Virus record (IMG/VR): IMGVR_UViG_3300042520_002054
Coordinates: 1 to 64,000 of that record
Reading direction: 5' to 3' (one strand)
Source: a virus
DNA length: 64,000 bases
Below are positions 37,598 to 47,604 of the stretch, piece after piece; within the stretch, counting starts at the first letter, position 1, and every line of letters starts with the position of its first letter. A program made the translations under genes and the position numbers. The notes under the pieces were generated by a model, which ran no database searches, was not told the DNA's origin, and saw only the letters and a program-made list of their open reading frames with translations.

Positions 37598-37948
37598 ATG
37601 AGTTTATCTTATTCTAACCGCAAAAAATACGTTAGTCTTCTACTTACATACAGAAAGTTTAAAAAGATGTGTAGCTCATGGTTGTTTCCTCCGCATGAAG
37701 ATCCAATTCATTTTGAAATATGGGTTATTGATCATCTAAATAGGAAGTCAAGCATCTATGCATTTGCTACAATGAAAGAAGCATTAAACTTTGTAAGCTT
37801 TGATGATCGTTTAAATACAGACATAGAGTATCTGTTTGTAAGACGTGTTAAACATAAGTGCGATACCCTTCGTCTTAACGTACATCCAGTAAAAAATTCC
37901 ATCCATAAACCCTACGATCAACTATGCTTAGATCAGAAGCCTACATGA
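37598..37948 (+). CDS. Hypothetical protein
   Basis: ORF track. Confidence 0.6.
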   Translation: MSLSYSNRKKYVSLLLTYRKFKKMCSSWLFPPHEDPIHFEIWVIDHLNRKSSIYAFATMKEALNFVSFDDRLNTDIEYLFVRRVKHKCDTLRLNVHPVKNSIHKPYDQLCLDQKPT

Positions 37949-38265
37949 TTATGCGTTATGCTGACGCAAGAGAAACAGAAACACACTGGCATACTCCAGA
38001 GAATTATGTTCAGTACAAAAATGAAGATGTTGAATACACAACTGACCAAATTGCTGTAGTACAGAATCTTTTTGAAAACACTATCCACATACACCCAATT
38101 GAAGGCGGAGTAGCTATGAAAGATATCTTTCTTACTAGCTTTCCTTTAAAAGATGTTTTTTCAGAAGATGAAACTGTTGCAAAAGCAATTGAAAAGTACT
38201 ATAGACAACGTTTTCACTTCTTTGATTTATTAGATCCAGAAGACACTTATCATCATTTTATTTAA
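37924..38265 (+). CDS. Hypothetical protein
   Basis: ORF track. Confidence 0.6.
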   Translation: MLRSEAYMIMRYADARETETHWHTPENYVQYKNEDVEYTTDQIAVVQNLFENTIHIHPIEGGVAMKDIFLTSFPLKDVFSEDETVAKAIEKYYRQRFHFFDLLDPEDTYHHFI

Positions 38266-38276
38266 AAAACCATTTT

Positions 38277-38606
38277 ATGGGTAGAATGAAAGAAATCTAC
38301 GGTGAAATGTTAGAAAAAGGAGAAATATTTCCTACTATAACAGAACCTGTAGTAATGAAAATCTATGCGTCTTTTACTTATAAAGACCAAAATTATCTTG
38401 TCATGGGTGACTCTTTTGATGACATCCGTGAGAAAATCGCTTACCGTTTTGGAACAGATACAGATAAAGTAGAAATAACCGAAGAATATTCTAGTAATGA
38501 CAATGCATTTGGTGCATATGTCATGAAAGTTACATTCATAAACGGTGAATATCTTTTTCCATTTGTATCAGTATCTATTTATACACCAGAAATAATTCTT
38601 TACTAA
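38277..38606 (+). CDS. Hypothetical protein
   Basis: ORF track; MGRMKE start common among phage small proteins. Confidence 0.65.
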   Translation: MGRMKEIYGEMLEKGEIFPTITEPVVMKIYASFTYKDQNYLVMGDSFDDIREKIAYRFGTDTDKVEITEEYSSNDNAFGAYVMKVTFINGEYLFPFVSVSIYTPEIILY

Positions 38607-38812
38607 TGACAGACTTTTTATTTTATTACGTACTTATTACATACATGATACAGATTGCAATACTTGTTGTTGAGCACAAAGAGCGAGACATTATTAACAT
38701 GGATATGTTAATGCTAATTCTTGCTCCTTGGAGTATTATCCCTGTAATAGCGTCACACTTGGTCTCATTTCTTGTAGACCTTGAAGGTGTGTTTTTAGAA
38801 AAGAAAGATTAG
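38606..38812 (+). CDS. Small membrane protein
   Basis: Two hydrophobic segments. Confidence 0.6.
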   Translation: MTDFLFYYVLITYMIQIAILVVEHKERDIINMDMLMLILAPWSIIPVIASHLVSFLVDLEGVFLEKKD

Positions 38813-38845
38813 GTGTATAGTTGATAGATGGTTGGTAAGTAAAAT

Positions 38846-38879
38846 TAGGGGTGCTCTCTTGTAGAGCATCCCTTTTTTT
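38846..38879 (+). terminator. Rho-independent terminator
   Basis: AGGGGTGCTC...GAGCATCCCT-TTTTTT. Confidence 0.75.
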
Positions 38880-38985
38880 ATGATTCTAACTGTCTGATTA
38901 TCAATTATTAAAAACTTTTTGTAGAATAATTCTACAATTTGTATAACTTACTCAAGTTTTTGTACAATTTAATTACCAACCAGCC

Positions 38986-39531
38986 ATGTCAAAAACCATT
39001 CATTGCACCGCAAAAGGTATTCTCATACACCACGAGAATCACCACAAATCACATTTTGTTCCCTATGCAGAGGAACTTGATCAAAAGTATTACCAGGACA
39101 AAGCAGCAAGAAAATCAATTGTTGCTGAAATGGAAATGCTTCATCTAAATCCTGTTCAAAGTACCATGTACGAACGTCTTGTTAGAGGTTTAGGCTATTT
39201 CTCTAAATCAGATATAGCAAATATGCCTCAAAAAACTAAATCTAAAATTGAAGCTGAACACAGTAAAGCTCAATTTTTGGTTAGAAAGCTTCGTGTAGAC
39301 GCTTACTTTAAAGCAGAAACTAAATTGCTTAACGCAATATTCCCTCATGCTAACATTGGTTCCAAAGTAAGCGATTACTACAATGGAGCTGATGTACCGC
39401 GTCATGTCACTAATCAACGACTTGGTATTACCAAAAAGGTAATGATTGAAACATTTATTCAGAATCGTTTACTACCAGTAAACTTTTTTGACATAACTGT
39501 TGAAAGTACTGCTTTATCACTTAATGCATAA
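38986..39531 (+). CDS. Hypothetical protein
   Basis: 181 aa ORF. Confidence 0.7.
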   Translation: MSKTIHCTAKGILIHHENHHKSHFVPYAEELDQKYYQDKAARKSIVAEMEMLHLNPVQSTMYERLVRGLGYFSKSDIANMPQKTKSKIEAEHSKAQFLVRKLRVDAYFKAETKLLNAIFPHANIGSKVSDYYNGADVPRHVTNQRLGITKKVMIETFIQNRLLPVNFFDITVESTALSLNA

Positions 39532-39838
39532 TAATATGGATGCTCAAGAAAAGTTCGCAGGTCTAGACAATGTAGAAATTAGTATGATCTACTATCGATT
39601 TTCTCAAGTATTGAAGAAAATTGATAAGAACATTGAACAGGGGATTATTACGAAAACTGTCAATTTACCGGGAAGTGGTGCTCGTATTGAAGCACCGCTC
39701 CCGTTGAATGACAGAATGAAGAATGATCTTACTGACTCTATGTTTTACAAAACAGTCCAGTCTATTGTAAATAAGCTGGAACCTATTGTAGAAATTATTG
39801 AAGATTACGATTCTTCTATCAAAGAAAAACTTAGTTAA
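39500..39838 (+). CDS. Hypothetical protein
   Basis: ORF track; true start likely at MDAQEK. Confidence 0.6.
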   Translation: MKVLLYHLMHNNMDAQEKFAGLDNVEISMIYYRFSQVLKKIDKNIEQGIITKTVNLPGSGARIEAPLPLNDRMKNDLTDSMFYKTVQSIVNKLEPIVEIIEDYDSSIKEKLS

Positions 39839-40112
39839 AGCAATGCGTAAGATATCCTATGCTAAAATACCCAATACAGTCGCTTACAATAGCAATATTG
39901 ATTTAGAAGCTAGGATGCTATACGTAATTCTTTCTTGCTTGCAAGGACCTAATGAGTTCTGTTATCCTTCAATACGTTGGATGTCTGAAAAGTGCAATTG
40001 TAAACGCACCAAGATTAGTAGACTTCTTAAAATACTGATAGATAATAATTTAATTGAACGAATGAAAGATCCTGTCGCACGTAAAACAGTTACAAAGGTT
40101 TACAAAATCTAA
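39798..40112 (+). CDS. Winged-HTH protein (HTH_36-like)
   Basis: ARMLYVIL...CYPSIRWMSEKCNCKRTKISRLLKILIDNNLI. Confidence 0.75.
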   Translation: MKITILLSKKNLVKAMRKISYAKIPNTVAYNSNIDLEARMLYVILSCLQGPNEFCYPSIRWMSEKCNCKRTKISRLLKILIDNNLIERMKDPVARKTVTKVYKI

Positions 40113-40124
40113 CATCCAATATCT

Positions 40125-40577
40125 ATGTCTAAATCACGCGACATTATTAACAAAATTCGTGAACTAATTGATGAAATTCCTGATGGAAGTAATGCTTACA
40201 TCATCACCGTAGTTCATAATGACACTGATGAAGATTGTCCTTCATTCCTAAAAAGTGGCGGTAATACAGAAAGTCTTGCAAAGCTTTCTGAAGTATTGCA
40301 AAGACAAGTAGAGTCTTTAAAAACAAAATTGATTACACAAAGTCTATTTACAGATGCAATGAATCACTTTATGAATGTTTTAGAACCTGAACAAAGAGAT
40401 ATTTTGTTAGAAGGTATGCAAAAACATGCTGATGATGTCATGCGTAAAATCATGTCTGATCTAGGTAATAAACTTGGCGAAGACTCTGACAATGACGATG
40501 ATGATTCAGATAATAAAAATGATAATTCTTCTGGTAAAGACGACTTAGATAATTACTTAAGAGACATCTTTAATTAA
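40125..40577 (+). CDS. Hypothetical protein with acidic tail
   Basis: ORF track. Confidence 0.65.
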   Translation: MSKSRDIINKIRELIDEIPDGSNAYIITVVHNDTDEDCPSFLKSGGNTESLAKLSEVLQRQVESLKTKLITQSLFTDAMNHFMNVLEPEQRDILLEGMQKHADDVMRKIMSDLGNKLGEDSDNDDDDSDNKNDNSSGKDDLDNYLRDIFN

Positions 40578-40583
40578 AAGATT

Positions 40584-41198
40584 ATGGGAGTAGATATTTA
40601 CGGTGTATCACCAAAATTAAATGGTGTTAGACCAGAATTTCCATCTGATGAAGTTTGGGAAACTTTATCTGAAAATGCTCGAAATGAAGTTTTTCAGCAA
40701 ATTCATGAATTTGAAGAAAATAATCCTGGTTATTATTTCCGTAATAACTGGTGGGCATGGAGACCTATTCAGTATTTAATAGTTGGTTTAAATGATAACT
40801 ACGGTTTAGGTTTAACTGACGAACAATGTAAACTACTTGGTGAAAACAGTGGTCTTGTTACTGATGATTCAGAAACATGTAATCGTATAGCAAATGCTTT
40901 AGAAACAGTTATTGCTGATCTTAAAACTGAAGAAATCGATAAAGTCTCAATGTTATCAGGATCATGGAGTGTTAGTACAATATTTAGTGATGGTCGTATT
41001 GGTAGCACATCTGCTAACAAATATGAAATTGATCAACTGAATAATAAATATGGTATTAACCGCTTATCCTTTGAAAAAGAATTCTTTATTGATAGTAAAC
41101 CTGATATTTTTTACGAACCATCTCATACATGCTCTCTGAAAAATATTGAACGGTTCATTGCGTTCTTACGCAATTGTAATGGATTTAAAATCTATTAA
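40584..41198 (+). CDS. Conserved phage hypothetical protein
   Basis: MGVDIYG...YFRNNWWAWRPI...FIAFLRNCNGFKI. Confidence 0.7.
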   Translation: MGVDIYGVSPKLNGVRPEFPSDEVWETLSENARNEVFQQIHEFEENNPGYYFRNNWWAWRPIQYLIVGLNDNYGLGLTDEQCKLLGENSGLVTDDSETCNRIANALETVIADLKTEEIDKVSMLSGSWSVSTIFSDGRIGSTSANKYEIDQLNNKYGINRLSFEKEFFIDSKPDIFYEPSHTCSLKNIERFIAFLRNCNGFKIY

Positions 41199-41212
41199 AA
41201 AATAACTAACAC

Positions 41213-42556
41213 ATGCAACATCATATTTTATTTAAAGCAGAAGCCAGTTCTGGTGGCGTTAATCTCAAAGTTCTAAACTTTCCAGATATTAAAAAACAAT
41301 TCCCTCATTTTGAAGAAGATACTTTAAAAGTATCTTGCAACTTGGGTAACATTTTACGTTTCCCTGTTCAAACATGGTTTATTTCTACTGTTTCTGAAAC
41401 CCCTGGTGAAGAGATTAATCAATACCAAGTAGCTGGTGAACATCACATTCACATTGCAGATCAAAAAGCATTGTTTCTGAATGATAATGTATTTGTACTT
41501 CCTTCAACTCCGGCAAGCAATCCTACAAGTGCAGAACTTGTATACTTGTTTAACCATATCTTGAAAAGCCAAGATGAATTTAGTGTTCCAGTAGATGAAA
41601 AAGTACGCACGCTTGCTGAATTGTATGCACCTTATGGTTATACAATTGATGTAGATGCTATTCTTAATCCTCCAGTACCTGAAACGATTGAAGAAGCAGT
41701 AGAAATCGGTGGTTCACTACATGACTTTATTAAGTCTAAGTACCCTGTTCCTGATATTAAAAAAGCAGGATTTTCTATTGACGAAGACATCTGGTATTTG
41801 CTAGTTCGTAACGTACTTCGTGGAGAAAATACTCTGATTATCGGACCAACTGGTACTGGTAAAACAGAACTTATCTCTCTATTAGCACAATCTATGGGTT
41901 TACCAATGCATACACAAGACATGGGTACAGTTCAAGATGCACAGTCTGCACTTCTTGGTGTACACCGTCTAAATAGTGATGGTAAAAGTGAATTTGATTA
42001 TGCACCTTTTGTAAATCATATTCAGCAAGAAGGTATTGTTCTCTTGGATGAACTTAACCGTTCACCACTTGCAGCAAACAATATTCTTTTTCCTTGTCTA
42101 GATCGTCGTCGTTATCTACCTGTAGATATTGCTGATTCAGATGCTGACCGTCGTATACCTGTTCACGAAAAGACTATCTTTTTTGCAACAGCTAACCTAG
42201 GTTCAGAGTATTCTGGTACACAGATGATTGACCGTGCATTGCTTGACCGCTTTTTCCCCATCGAGTTGGATTACCCGATCGAAAAAGAAGAAGTACGTGT
42301 TCTTGTAAATCGCACAGGCGTTGATGAGAAAAGTGCAAAAGCTATTGTAAAAGTTGGTAATCAGATTCGTAGGCAGTTTAAAGAACAAGAATTGTCTAAT
42401 GCTATTTCTGTACGTCACACTTTACAAGCTGCTAATCTTGTTAAAGATGGATTTGCTTTAGAAAAAGCTCTTTCAAGTACTATTATGCCACTCTTTGAAG
42501 ATGGTATTGGTGCTAGTGAGCGTAGTAAAGTTAAATCAATTATTGCAGCGTTCTAA
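41213..42556 (+). CDS. MoxR/CbbQ/CobS-family AAA+ ATPase
   Basis: GPTGTGKT, VLLDELNR, FATAN, DRALLDRF, ISVR. Confidence 0.9.
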   Translation: MQHHILFKAEASSGGVNLKVLNFPDIKKQFPHFEEDTLKVSCNLGNILRFPVQTWFISTVSETPGEEINQYQVAGEHHIHIADQKALFLNDNVFVLPSTPASNPTSAELVYLFNHILKSQDEFSVPVDEKVRTLAELYAPYGYTIDVDAILNPPVPETIEEAVEIGGSLHDFIKSKYPVPDIKKAGFSIDEDIWYLLVRNVLRGENTLIIGPTGTGKTELISLLAQSMGLPMHTQDMGTVQDAQSALLGVHRLNSDGKSEFDYAPFVNHIQQEGIVLLDELNRSPLAANNILFPCLDRRRYLPVDIADSDADRRIPVHEKTIFFATANLGSEYSGTQMIDRALLDRFFPIELDYPIEKEEVRVLVNRTGVDEKSAKAIVKVGNQIRRQFKEQELSNAISVRHTLQAANLVKDGFALEKALSSTIMPLFEDGIGASERSKVKSIIAAF

Positions 42557-42567
42557 ATTGTTTAATT

Positions 42568-44478
42568 ATGGGTTTCAGAGATTGGTTTAACCGAAAAGAA
42601 GAGAATAATTACTCTTATTATGACAGTTCCCGCAGATTAATATCTTGGGATACAGGTTACAAAAACTATTCTGACTTCCTTGTTGACTCTAAGCGTGGTA
42701 AAAAAGGTATTCAAGATGTTGCAAGTATTTTGAATTCTATGTTGCGTGTTATGGGTGTCTCAAAAGACACCCATTTCACCGGCAAATTAGATGGTAGTAG
42801 TAGAAAACTACAGCTTCCTATTAACTTACTACGAAATAAAGAAACTGGGAATCTTGACATTACTGGTGAACGTGTAGATGCTTTTTATGGTAAAAGTGTC
42901 TTAAATGCGTCATTACAGGGTATGACAAGTACTGACAAACTGCAATACGTAAACGCTGTTGCAAAAGCAAAAAAGAATGGTGATTTACAATCAATGATCC
43001 GTGTTCTTTTAGATGACGAACGTATTCATAGAGAGCTGTCTGAAAATTATCCGGGGTACAGCAAGTTTGCTCAAAAGTATAAAGAACATATATATGAAGG
43101 TGCTGAAAGTTGGTTAGCTAAACCGGCGTCTACAGAACTTGAAGAAGTTGTTCAGCTTTTGACAATGCTTATTCGTTATCCTAAAGATGTTCCATCTGAA
43201 CTTTTAGAAAAATATTCAAAACTTGTAGATTATTTGCAAAGAATATTTAACAAGTTTGACGGTATTCCTAAAACAGCAGAAGAAACTGATAAACTTACTA
43301 AAGCTATCTACAATACTGTAATCAAATATGTAGATGAATCTACACCTCCTCCTTCGACATCTCCTGATGATAAAGGTGAGAGTGAAGACGATTCTTCAGA
43401 TGATGGTGATGGTAGTGATGAATCAGATTCAGAAGACGGTAAAGATCCTTCAGATAAACGCAAAGAAACAAGACGTCGTAGAACTTCTTTAAGTAAAGAT
43501 TTTGCATCTGCTGTTAAAGATGTTTATTCAGAACTTGTTGAAGAATCAACAACAACTGAAGAAGATCATAAAAACGAAGAAGTAGCTAAAACTATTACTG
43601 ATGAGATAAAAAAAGCGGAAGACGCAAGTAAATTTATGAGTCCAAAAGATGATAAAGAACTTGAAAAATCCGGTATACATTTTATTGTACCTGAAGGTGA
43701 TGCTAAACAGTATAACAGCATCAAATCTAGAGTTGATATGACAAAGGCTCAGGTACTTAAAAAGTTGCTTTCTCGTAAAAGTAAAGATTATGACTTTACT
43801 TTAAAATCTATGCGTTCAGGTCGTCTTGACACTAATAAAATTGCTGAAGCTGTTCAGCATGTTCCTACTATCTATGAAAGAATAGGACATGTTAAAACAG
43901 ACAAAATTTGTATTGGTGTACTCATTGATGAGTCTGGTTCTATGTGTGGTAGCGAAATTGAAAAAGCAAAAGAAGCTGCTGTGTTTATTAACGAAGCATT
44001 GGGTAAACTACCTGATGTAGAACTTTTTATTTACGGGCATTCTGCTGATCAAAAAAGTCATCGCAGTACAGAAATCTATACTTATCGTGAACCTGGTAAA
44101 TCATTATCTCCACATGCATTAGGTAGCTGTCGTGCTAGATGTGAAAATCGTGATGGTGTTGCTATTTTAGAAACTGCAAAGCGTATAAGAAAATTCACAA
44201 ATAACAACGGTGTATTATTTGTTTTATCAGATGGTGCACCTGCTGCTTCTGGATATGGTGGTGGATTTGGTATTCGAGATACTAAAGAGAAAGTTAACCA
44301 GGTTGAAAAGACTATGGGCTTTCAGGTAATTCAAATTGCTATAAACAATCATGTACCTTCTGAAGAAATGTTTAATCATTTTGTTAAAATGACTGACATC
44401 AAAAGATTACCTATTGATATGGTAAATTATCTGTCTAAACATATTAATCGTTTGGTTAAAGAAAAGTACACAATGTAA
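42568..44478 (+). CDS. vWA (MIDAS) domain partner, CobT/NorD-like
   Basis: Acidic linker, RSGRLD, LIDESGSM, ENRDG, VLSDGAP. Confidence 0.9.
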   Translation: MGFRDWFNRKEENNYSYYDSSRRLISWDTGYKNYSDFLVDSKRGKKGIQDVASILNSMLRVMGVSKDTHFTGKLDGSSRKLQLPINLLRNKETGNLDITGERVDAFYGKSVLNASLQGMTSTDKLQYVNAVAKAKKNGDLQSMIRVLLDDERIHRELSENYPGYSKFAQKYKEHIYEGAESWLAKPASTELEEVVQLLTMLIRYPKDVPSELLEKYSKLVDYLQRIFNKFDGIPKTAEETDKLTKAIYNTVIKYVDESTPPPSTSPDDKGESEDDSSDDGDGSDESDSEDGKDPSDKRKETRRRRTSLSKDFASAVKDVYSELVEESTTTEEDHKNEEVAKTITDEIKKAEDASKFMSPKDDKELEKSGIHFIVPEGDAKQYNSIKSRVDMTKAQVLKKLLSRKSKDYDFTLKSMRSGRLDTNKIAEAVQHVPTIYERIGHVKTDKICIGVLIDESGSMCGSEIEKAKEAAVFINEALGKLPDVELFIYGHSADQKSHRSTEIYTYREPGKSLSPHALGSCRARCENRDGVAILETAKRIRKFTNNNGVLFVLSDGAPAASGYGGGFGIRDTKEKVNQVEKTMGFQVIQIAINNHVPSEEMFNHFVKMTDIKRLPIDMVNYLSKHINRLVKEKYTM

Positions 44479-44481
44479 TTA

Positions 44482-44507
44482 AACCCCGGATGTAAAAGTC
44501 CGGGGTT
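44482..44507 (+). terminator. Hairpin after the vWA gene
   Basis: AACCCCGGA-TGTAAAAG-TCCGGGGTT. Confidence 0.6.
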
Positions 44508-44522
44508 ATAATTTTTAAAACT

Positions 44523-45005
44523 ATGCCATACAATCAATTTCTTGGTGTTGCTGGAGTAGACTCTGGACAACTCCTTATTTGCGATCCCTGCTACATTGAT
44601 AGCGAATGGGAAAAAGAAGACTTTTTAGACATCCGATTCTACAAACATAAAACATCGGGTGAAACTTTGCAGTACAGAGTAGATTTTAGAAACTACGAAG
44701 AACCTATTGCTAAGTATGATAACAAAACTATGAATCAACTTTTAGAAACATCTGAATGGGAACAGCAGGATGCTTTTGAAGTGGAAAATGAGTTTAGTTA
44801 TAATGCATGTGCAAAAAATACTTTGTCAGAAGATGGTTTCGGACAATTGAACTACAAACTAGGTCATCCTGGTGTAGGAGTTGTATTTAGCACAACTATA
44901 GGTGATGGAATGTATCCTGTATTTGGAAGTTTTAATGATGACGGAACTTTATTAAGTGTTACTATTAAAATTACTGAAGATTATGACGAATCCGAAGAAT
45001 TTTGA
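44523..45005 (+). CDS. DUF4241-like hypothetical protein
   Basis: GVDSGQLLICDPCY...STTIGDGMYPV. Confidence 0.6.
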   Translation: MPYNQFLGVAGVDSGQLLICDPCYIDSEWEKEDFLDIRFYKHKTSGETLQYRVDFRNYEEPIAKYDNKTMNQLLETSEWEQQDAFEVENEFSYNACAKNTLSEDGFGQLNYKLGHPGVGVVFSTTIGDGMYPVFGSFNDDGTLLSVTIKITEDYDESEEF

Positions 45006-45408
45006 TATTAATCGTCAACTGGTTTATAATGCTGTTCGATGCTTAAACTGTAATGAAGTATTAGTTTCTTATCACCGTCATGATTATAAAACATGCAAAT
45101 GTGAAAATCATAGCATGGTTGACGGTGGTAATGATTATCAACGTTATGGTGGTGTTGATTTAGAAAAGGTAGAAACTATATTTTATTTTGCTGATGATGA
45201 TTTTGAAATTGTCAGAAAACACGCTCAGCGTGGTGGTCGAGGTAAAGATGGTACGCAACCTTTAAAATGGGTTCCTATTTGTGAAATGAATGACAATTGG
45301 TTAAACGCTGTATTAGACTATGGTGGTGCTGAATGGCATTTAGATCTTATTAAAAAAGAAATCCAATACCGAAAAGATCACAATATAACTATCAAAGAAG
45401 ATGAATAA
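44983..45408 (+). CDS. Zn-binding conserved phage protein
   Basis: CLNC...S.HRHD...CKC.....DGG; start near MTNPK. Confidence 0.65.
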   Translation: MTNPKNFDINRQLVYNAVRCLNCNEVLVSYHRHDYKTCKCENHSMVDGGNDYQRYGGVDLEKVETIFYFADDDFEIVRKHAQRGGRGKDGTQPLKWVPICEMNDNWLNAVLDYGGAEWHLDLIKKEIQYRKDHNITIKEDE

Positions 45409-45673
45409 AACCAACATTAACATCGACAAAAGACCTTATGGTCAAACAACTTATCACTCTGGTACATATGTTATTGGAGGTATTTTATGGGAAGACGAAT
45501 ATCAACCAGATGAAGTATTTCCATTTACGGTAGAGATTCATCATGACTTAGATAATTCTCTATTTGAAGTAGGTAAAATAGAATGGCAGGACGGAATTAA
45601 ACCTGCTAACTATGAAACTATACAAGAAACTATTGTAAATAATCTTTACAACCAGCAAAAAACAGTTTTATGA
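45401..45673 (+). CDS. Hypothetical protein
   Basis: ORF overlapping both neighbours. Confidence 0.6.
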   Translation: MNKTNINIDKRPYGQTTYHSGTYVIGGILWEDEYQPDEVFPFTVEIHHDLDNSLFEVGKIEWQDGIKPANYETIQETIVNNLYNQQKTVL

Positions 45674-46527
45674 AAACATTGGAGAGGAAGTCTATGTTAA
45701 TTCGTGAGAGCGGAAGAAGCACAGACTTCATCTCTCCGAGTTTTGGACACGGTTGTTTATTCAACTGTACGTATTGCTATATGAAACGTCATAAACCAGA
45801 AGGTTTAGATGTAGCTAAAAATACAGGTGATATTCTTACAGCAATCAACAATCATGCTTGGTTTGCTAGTGTAGATAAACCTAATCAAACACATAAGGAG
45901 TATATCACATACGATATCTCTTGTAATGAAGACTTTGCTCTTCATTTAAAGTATCATAACTGGTTAAAAATATTTGATTTTTTTAAAGATCATCCGAGAG
46001 CTATGGGTTCTTTTGCTACAAAGTATGTAAACAAAGAACTTCTTGACTATAACTCTGAAGAAAAAATAAGAATCAGATTTAGTCTTATACCTCAAAAATA
46101 TGCTGACCAGTTAGAACCAAACACTTCTAAAATAATTGATAGAATAAGAGCTATTAATGAATTTATAGAAGCTGGATACGATGTACATATAAACTTTAGT
46201 CCTGTTATTGTAACTGATGATTGGCTTTATCAATACAGACTTTTATTTGAAGGAGTAGATGCTTTAGTAGATATAAAGTATAAAGATAAAGTCAAAGCAG
46301 AAGTAATTTTTCTTACTCATAATACGAATAAGCATCATTACAATGTACAACATCAACTTACAGGTGAAGACCTTATATGGAATCCTAGTATTCAAGAAGA
46401 TAAAGTTTCCCAATATGGTGGAACTAATCTCAGGTATAAATACAATTTAAAATCCAGGTATATTGATGAGTTTATAAAACTACACGATGAAATAATACCT
46501 TGGAATACAATAAGATATATTTTCTAA
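45670..46527 (+). CDS. Spore photoproduct lyase-like radical SAM protein
   Basis: GHGCLFNCTYCY (CxxxCxxC), ATKYVN, RIRFSL, GYDVHINFSPVI. Confidence 0.85.
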   Translation: MKTLERKSMLIRESGRSTDFISPSFGHGCLFNCTYCYMKRHKPEGLDVAKNTGDILTAINNHAWFASVDKPNQTHKEYITYDISCNEDFALHLKYHNWLKIFDFFKDHPRAMGSFATKYVNKELLDYNSEEKIRIRFSLIPQKYADQLEPNTSKIIDRIRAINEFIEAGYDVHINFSPVIVTDDWLYQYRLLFEGVDALVDIKYKDKVKAEVIFLTHNTNKHHYNVQHQLTGEDLIWNPSIQEDKVSQYGGTNLRYKYNLKSRYIDEFIKLHDEIIPWNTIRYIF

Positions 46528-46529
46528 TC

Positions 46530-46910
46530 ATGAGTCATCCATTACATCACAGTATTAGCTCAGTTAAAAAATATGGTGGAAGTATAGAAGACTATCTACC
46601 AATACATAACTGGTTTGATGAGACTAAAGCTCATTATCCAGATATGAGACACCGTGCTTTACGTCATCACTCAGAAGGTATATTCTGGTGCGAAGAAAAG
46701 TTTGGTGTTTATATTACTAATTCAGATGGTAAAATGGTACCTGTACGTGCTATCGGTGAACAGCATTGTATGGAAGACATTGGTTTTATACCTACAATTA
46801 AAGACTATTTAGATAATATGTCTCAAATAGGTTGGATGTATAAACCCGGTGAAGGTCGTAAAATGTTAAAAACAATTACAGAAGAAAAATTAGATTATGT
46901 CAGCAACTGA
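46530..46910 (+). CDS. DUF6915-like His-rich protein
   Basis: MSHPLHHSISSVKKYGG..DY..IHNWFDETK....D.RHRALRHH..GIF...EQHC.ED.G. Confidence 0.7.
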   Translation: MSHPLHHSISSVKKYGGSIEDYLPIHNWFDETKAHYPDMRHRALRHHSEGIFWCEEKFGVYITNSDGKMVPVRAIGEQHCMEDIGFIPTIKDYLDNMSQIGWMYKPGEGRKMLKTITEEKLDYVSN

Positions 46911-47604
46911 AAAAAATTTTAAAATCTCAGATGTAATGACTTGGTTAGATGAAAAATCATCTCAAGGTCATGAAATTGAACTCTGCTGGGAAGGCGGTGG
47001 AGACAGTGGTTGGGTTTATTTCCAAATAGATGGAGAACAAGCTAATTCAGAACCAATCATTGACTGGTTAGTAGATAAAATGTATAGCATTTTAGATTAT
47101 GGTTCATGGGCTGGTGAATTTTCAGCAAATGGTACTGCGATATATGATCCTGCAACTAAGTGCTTTGAAGGAACTGATTACTATTCTGAAGATGAAACTA
47201 TGAGTTTTGATTGTAATTTTTCAATTAACATCCCTAAAAAGTTAGCATTTGAAGAATTAATTATTGAAGTTCAAGGTTCATTCGATGAAGGTCTTCCAGA
47301 AGTTGTTCCATCATATGTGATCAGGAATGGTTTTACTACTAAAGAGTATGACAATTTTGAAAACAAATTGACGCAAGAGTTACCTAATATACTAGAAAAC
47401 AATCTTAATTCAGGTGATTATGATCCTGATGATATGCGGTATTGGAACACTACACTAAACATTGATCCAAAAGAATGTACTGTTAGTGAAGACAATCAGT
47501 TTATTGTTTACAATAATAAATATGTTGAGATTTCAGTAACTAGCACTGATGAAAAAGGTATTGTATTAGATTTAAACGATTATACAGATGACGACTGTGA
47601 ATAA
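46897..47604 (+). CDS. Acidic DUF6878-like protein
   Basis: WEGGGDSG motif near the N-terminus. Confidence 0.55.
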   Translation: MSATEKNFKISDVMTWLDEKSSQGHEIELCWEGGGDSGWVYFQIDGEQANSEPIIDWLVDKMYSILDYGSWAGEFSANGTAIYDPATKCFEGTDYYSEDETMSFDCNFSINIPKKLAFEELIIEVQGSFDEGLPEVVPSYVIRNGFTTKEYDNFENKLTQELPNILENNLNSGDYDPDDMRYWNTTLNIDPKECTVSEDNQFIVYNNKYVEISVTSTDEKGIVLDLNDYTDDDCE

